NCBI GenBank assembly: GCA_030679255.1
Contig: JAUXTO010000030.1
Location: forward strand, 3,420-67,419
DNA from: Candidatus Gottesmanbacteria bacterium
GTDB lineage: Bacteria > Patescibacteriota > Microgenomatia > UBA10105 > UBA927
Direction: 5' to 3'
Length of the DNA: 64,000 bases
Shown here: in pieces, positions 59,489 to 64,000 of the stretch
Numbering within the stretch: position 1 is the stretch's first letter
Layout of the letters: each line of letters starts with the position of its first letter
The notes under the pieces: generated by a model
Databases searched by the model: none
Seen by the model: only the letters and a program-made list of their open reading frames with translations
Told to the model about the DNA's origin: nothing
Translations under genes and position numbers: made by a program

Positions 59489-60409
59489 ATGACCCTCGGT
59501 ATCAAAGTCGGCGTCCAAAAACAAAGCTTCGTGGATCTCACCCAAACGAACGCTCCGTTTGCTGAGGTCTGGTTCAATGTCTCACAGGCAGATGAGTATT
59601 CAGCACTCTTTGACGAGCTAAAACGACGTCATATGCAGGTAGGACTCCATTTCTGGGGAGCGCTCTCAGACGGCACTTGGACCAATATCGCATATCCGGA
59701 TACGGATCTTATCAATGAGTCCCTTTCCATGATCAAAAAAACCATCGATATGGCAGCCCGTCACAAATTTCAGTATGTCAATATCCATCCCGGATGCGCC
59801 GCCCGCGTGGGTATTGATTTTGAAAAAACCCGGATGGATTTACGCAGCGCGCCTATTCCGTTTGAGCAATCGATCCCATTATTTGTAGAAAACGCGCAAA
59901 CACTGCACGAATATGCACAAGCCCGTGGTATTATTTTTACTGTAGAAACGCTCCCGGCGCGCGTAGTGAAAGGTTGGTATGACCATGCGGCACGAGCTAA
60001 TCCCACGATGATCATGAATGTCTATGAACTACCCATAGCTGCCCTTGAGGCGGCCGCGGGAGCCGGACTTTGGATTGCCAATGATTTTGGCCATACCGCA
60101 GCGATCCCATCCGATAATCCCAGAGATCTCTGGACGTATCTCAAGGAAAAAACAGTCAACCTCTCTCCACAGACCCGGCTCATCCATTTGGGATTTGTCA
60201 CGCCGCCGTGGAACGGCACCGATATCCATAATATGTTGGATCCGAAATTATTGAATTCTGATGATGCGATGCCGAATAAACTTCAGATGATTGAACTTCT
60301 GAAACTCTTTAAAAATAGGGACGATATCTGGATACTCACCGAACCCAATGGCGGGCATACGGAGAACTACTTTTTAGCTCAAAAAATCCTCGCCGAAGCC
60401 CTAGAATAA
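59489..60409 (+). CDS. TIM-barrel protein (AP endonuclease 2 / sugar-phosphate isomerase family)
   Basis: GLH, NIHPG, VET, DFGH, IHL and terminal Glu metal-ligand pattern. Confidence 0.7.
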   Translation: MTLGIKVGVQKQSFVDLTQTNAPFAEVWFNVSQADEYSALFDELKRRHMQVGLHFWGALSDGTWTNIAYPDTDLINESLSMIKKTIDMAARHKFQYVNIHPGCAARVGIDFEKTRMDLRSAPIPFEQSIPLFVENAQTLHEYAQARGIIFTVETLPARVVKGWYDHAARANPTMIMNVYELPIAALEAAAGAGLWIANDFGHTAAIPSDNPRDLWTYLKEKTVNLSPQTRLIHLGFVTPPWNGTDIHNMLDPKLLNSDDAMPNKLQMIELLKLFKNRDDIWILTEPNGGHTENYFLAQKILAEALE

Positions 60410-60498
60410 CCATTGCTATTTTAGCTTCAAATTCAAGCCCCTGTATTGCCCTAAGAAGGGTTTATAGGGATGAAGTGATGAATATATACACGGAACAA

Positions 60499-61029
60499 TT
60501 ATTTTCTATGAAACTTCTCAAACACTGCACGATTTCTTGATACGGATTCTTGCCGCCACTGGTAATAAAGATCACCACGGGAAAATATATGTAACACAAG
60601 ATTTGTCTCATCGGCAAACGGATATGAAATATTACCAATCCATAAAATCTTTGGTTCATCGAGAAAAATTGATACACATGACGGATCAGTCGTCCCGCAT
60701 TCAATAATATATTGACCATTTGCTGACCGTATATCCGGATGAAGACCAATAAAATACGTCTCACTCAAGGCCTCAGCCTGATATGTTTTATATAAATAAT
60801 CGCATGCAACCTGTTTGAGCGCCATGTGACCTTTTTCCTGCGGTCCTAAACCATCAACGGAAACAATAGAATCACAAATCGCTCTATAGGTATCCTTGGT
60901 AATCATCGGCTCTGATCGATAGACCACCGCGCCACGATCTAAAGCGATAAGGAGCCCATCAAGCACATCCCATGCTGTAGCCGCAGGATAGCCGGAGTAA
61001 AAAACATTTTGTAGTTCCTCCGATGTCAT
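60499..61029 (-). CDS. Hypothetical protein with a possible PD-(D/E)xK-like nuclease fold
   Basis: H..LK...HPDI...IIECG; start overlaps the stop of the upstream recombinase. Confidence 0.55.
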   Translation of the reverse strand: MTSEELQNVFYSGYPAATAWDVLDGLLIALDRGAVVYRSEPMITKDTYRAICDSIVSVDGLGPQEKGHMALKQVACDYLYKTYQAEALSETYFIGLHPDIRSANGQYIIECGTTDPSCVSIFLDEPKILWIGNISYPFADETNLVLHIFSRGDLYYQWRQESVSRNRAVFEKFHRK

Positions 61030-62045
61030 CGTGGTACATCCTTCAGCGGATGAAACTTGTGATGCGTCTCCTCGGCATACCGATCCGACGCATGGACATA
61101 CCGGGTCGTCGTATCAAGCGATTCATGACCCAAAAGAATTTGAATGGCAGCTGGATTGGCGCCTGCTTCCGCCAAATATGTAGCAAAACCATGCCGGAGG
61201 GCATGCGCGCTCACGGGAACATTGATATGCAACTGTAATCTATACCACTTCAGGCGCTCCTGAAAATAATTATTTGAAATATGCTGCTTAATCGATAATC
61301 TTCCGCGGCCTCGGTATGCAATAAAAAGAGCAGGAATCCGATCATGACGAATACGAAGATACGCATCAAGATGCGCTTTAGCGCGCTCGGTCAAATAAAC
61401 AAACCGTTCTTTTTTACCTTTTCCAAGGATAAAAATTTTTCCGCTGTCATCTATTTGTTCACGCAGAAGGTTCGTAAGCTCCGATATACGCATCCCCGTG
61501 GCAAATAACAACTCAAGCATGGCTCGATTTCGTAATTTCACCCGAGGATCCTTTTCTAAACGCAACGGCGCTTCAATAAACCGGATAAGTTCAGAAAGTT
61601 CAGCCACCTTGGGATGCCTATGTACCGTTTTGACCAACTTTACGACTTCCGGAGGTATGGGAATTTTGTGATCCATGTCAATAAGAAACGTCAAATACCT
61701 CCGTAGCGTCGATAGCATGCGGTTGATGCTGGTTCCGGATAGCTCTCTTGTATTTTTCAGGCCTTCTACGGGCGTTATGCGGTCCACTGAAGATAGGTAC
61801 GCTTTGTAGTATTCAAGTGTCTTTTTATCAATCGCGTCAAAGGCAATATTTGCATCGGCAAGAAACCCAGCGAAGGTCATAAGATCCCGTTCATAATTAT
61901 AGACGGTTTCGGCTGAATAGCGGTTACTCTTCAGAAAGAGGAGAAAGTCGTCCAGAAGCGGAAGTGTTTCCTTACTGATTGTTTTTGCTTGCCCAACAGG
62001 GGATTGTATCGGAGATTGAATTGGAGCATCATTTGTCGTATTCAT
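61026..62045 (-). CDS. XerC/XerD-like tyrosine recombinase
   Basis: TGMRISEL, GKG, HALRHGFAT, LGH and TTTRYVH. Confidence 0.95.
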   Translation of the reverse strand: MNTTNDAPIQSPIQSPVGQAKTISKETLPLLDDFLLFLKSNRYSAETVYNYERDLMTFAGFLADANIAFDAIDKKTLEYYKAYLSSVDRITPVEGLKNTRELSGTSINRMLSTLRRYLTFLIDMDHKIPIPPEVVKLVKTVHRHPKVAELSELIRFIEAPLRLEKDPRVKLRNRAMLELLFATGMRISELTNLLREQIDDSGKIFILGKGKKERFVYLTERAKAHLDAYLRIRHDRIPALFIAYRGRGRLSIKQHISNNYFQERLKWYRLQLHINVPVSAHALRHGFATYLAEAGANPAAIQILLGHESLDTTTRYVHASDRYAEETHHKFHPLKDVPR

Positions 62046-62073
62046 ATCGAGTGTAAGGGATATTATACTCGAT
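62046..62073. promoter_or_regulatory. dif-like tyrosine recombinase site (11-6-11)
   Basis: ATCGAGTGTAA-GGGATA-TTATACTCGAT; arms are inverted with one mismatch. Confidence 0.7.
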
Positions 62074-62100
62074 AATAAAACTCATTCCTTCCTATGTCAA
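62072..62100 (-). promoter_or_regulatory. Sigma70-like promoter of the recombinase gene
   Basis: Minus strand TTGACA-17 nt-TATTAT. Confidence 0.65.
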
Positions 62101-62640
62101 TACGTCAAAATCCATTGGCTACGGGAGTAAACCAATCCGAAAACGAAACTTTTTAAGAATCATCAAAAGCAGAGGACGGAAGATCACCGATCTGGAATCA
62201 GCGAATAATGCTCCTCATAGCAGCCTGAACGCCTTTTATCGTCTTTAAAGCATTCCATACTGTGTGAGCTTCGTATTACGAACCCCTCTTTCGGGTGTTT
62301 TATTGGTCACTAAATATAGAGCGTAATAACGCGCCAAACTAGTAGTTGTGAGGCTAAGTACAGAACAACCAACACTCCTCGAGAAGCGTGTATACGTCGA
62401 TTCGGTTTTATTTAGATTGTTCTTATGCGCTAAACATGAATATTTGAGGCTAATTTCCCACGGAGATCACTGTGTGCTAGATTACTTGTAGAGCGTAGTA
62501 ACAAGCTAAACGATCAATTCACCGCATACAAAGTGTGTTCAATCGACGAGCGGGAGGTAGCAGTCCTGTTCTATCGCCTGCTAGGCTTGGACTCCCGAGC
62601 GCACACGCTTGTGAAAAGTAGCTCTGGATGTCGTGAAATT
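62076..62640 (+). ncRNA. Candidate large structured non-coding RNA (family not recognised)
   Basis: No ORF of 60 aa or more in any frame; many nested stems, GNRA loops and G-U pairs that work only on the + strand. Confidence 0.5.
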
Positions 62641-62750
62641 ATTTATCCACACAGGCCTATAATTATATAATTATATATATTCAGCCTCATGGATACGGTA
62701 TCAAACTATATCAGTTCGACTCCGCTCACTACAGGCACCCCACTCCCCCT

Positions 62751-63575
62751 CTATACAAACCCCCGCCACTTTGTGGCTACCAACAAGATTATGAAAACAA
62801 TTGCGGCGACCGATCCGAACTCTATCGCGGTCTTTTTATACAGTTTATCCTCAAGATACTGTTGCGCCATACCGACAGCGCAATACGTACAGGTAGTGAG
62901 AAATAACACGACTAAAGCTTGTTGTACGGGCCAAAATGCTAATATCCAGGCAAGTTCTCCTAAAACGATAGCAACACACCCACTGATCTGCCACACTCGC
63001 CTACTCACGCGCGGCTCGAGCGTAACCGACCACAAGGACTGTACGACTAATACGAAAGTCACTATCCCTACGGCCAGAGCATTCAAACCCACGGATAAAC
63101 GGAATGATAGAACGGTCGATACGAGAAGAAAATAGGTGATCAAAGTCAAAAGAAATCCGACAGAATGTGCAGCGCGCAGGAGCGCAATAGAACGCTCAGC
63201 GGCTACATTATAAATATTTTCTGTCAAGATAAGCGCGTACATGCCGACCGCGTAAAGAGCCGCAACCGGGAGGCGGGTCAGCCAACGCACCGGCAACAAA
63301 AAATAGAAAAGCAGCACCGCAGCAGTAAAAAGCGTGGGGAGAGTGAGCAAGGTAAGCCATTCGGCGCCCCGAAGGTCTTCCCGTAACCCAAAAGCGCAAA
63401 GAAAATAGGTGGCAATACTAAAGGTGACTACCAATGGATAGCGTAGTTCCCCAGAGACGACTTGGGTCACCATAAGTCCCACGGTTAGGAGGAGGGTGAT
63501 GGCCACAAACTGCTGGCGCTTCGAGAGCGAAATTTTTCTTTCCCAACGATGAAAATATTTCCGGAAATAATGCAT
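62751..63575 (-). CDS. Multi-pass membrane protein (DUF5656-like)
   Basis: About 8 TM helices; LTENIYNVAA.R.IALLRAA and ELAWILAFWP. Confidence 0.7.
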   Translation of the reverse strand: MHYFRKYFHRWERKISLSKRQQFVAITLLLTVGLMVTQVVSGELRYPLVVTFSIATYFLCAFGLREDLRGAEWLTLLTLPTLFTAAVLLFYFLLPVRWLTRLPVAALYAVGMYALILTENIYNVAAERSIALLRAAHSVGFLLTLITYFLLVSTVLSFRLSVGLNALAVGIVTFVLVVQSLWSVTLEPRVSRRVWQISGCVAIVLGELAWILAFWPVQQALVVLFLTTCTYCAVGMAQQYLEDKLYKKTAIEFGSVAAIVFIILLVATKWRGFV

Positions 63576-63578
63576 ATC

Positions 63579-64000
63579 TTACTCTTCCACATTCGTAAAT
63601 ACGCGCTGCACATCATCCGAATCTTCGAGTGTACCCACAAGCCGCTCAAGTATCGCTTTCTCATGGCCTTCCAAGGGCATCGTCGTTTTTGGCTGGTAGA
63701 CCACATCGGCATGGGCAGCCATAACACCTTTTTCCTCTAATGCACTTTTCACGGAAAAAAGTGAGGAGACCTCGGTAAAAAGTACATACCCATCTGCCTC
63801 CTCGATACAATCGCGGGCTCCCGCATTGATGGCCACCTCAAGCAGGGTATCATAGACAATCCCCTCTTTGGAAACGACAAGGATACCGACAGAGTCAAAT
63901 ATATAGTGTACCGAACCCGGAGGCCCCAAATGGCCTTCATGTTTCTCTAATATATTTCTGATCACCGAAACGGTCCGTTGACGGTTATCCGTCACCGCTT
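63579..64000 (-). CDS. YebC/PmpR family protein, 5' part outside the window
   Basis: TDNRQRT, GSVHYIF and LEDSDDVQRVFTN motifs. Confidence 0.92.
   Translation of the reverse strand, partial: AVTDNRQRTVSVIRNILEKHEGHLGPPGSVHYIFDSVGILVVSKEGIVYDTLLEVAINAGARDCIEEADGYVLFTEVSSLFSVKSALEEKGVMAAHADVVYQPKTTMPLEGHEKAILERLVGTLEDSDDVQRVFTNVEE

Noticed and set aside
62076-62640. tmRNA, RNase P RNA or group I/II intron
   Set aside because: No tRNA-like ends with CCA, no GAGGAAAGTCC core and no recognisable domain V or P7 motif on either strand.
62643-62680. oriC
   Set aside because: Only one perfect DnaA box and no dnaA or dnaN nearby.

Overview
Chromosomal segment of a reduced-genome bacterium. Gene content and style suggest CPR/Patescibacteria, probably Microgenomates-like (inference). 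It carries translation and replication housekeeping genes (dnaX, thrS-infC-rpmI-rplT-pheS-pheT, tyrS, recG, rnc, trmD, gyrB/gyrA), SAM-cycle genes, a class A PBP, a complete type IV pilus locus with two GT-C glycosyltransferases, two HUH (RAYT/IS200-like) transposases and two Xer-like tyrosine recombinases. Four signals stand out. (1) Several families of short palindromic REP-like elements sit in-frame inside many protein-coding genes, including the two RAYT genes. (2) There are three aminoacyl-tRNA synthetase leaders: Thr and Phe leader-peptide attenuators and a Tyr T-box whose first gene is tRNA-Tyr. Each is followed by cargo genes before the synthetase. (3) PheS is fused to an AlaX editing domain and followed by a DUF2000 gene. 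(4) An 11-6-11 dif-like site abuts a Xer gene and overlaps divergent promoters; a ~550-nt ORF-free, highly structured candidate ncRNA follows it. All calls were made by eye; no database searches or folding computations were run.
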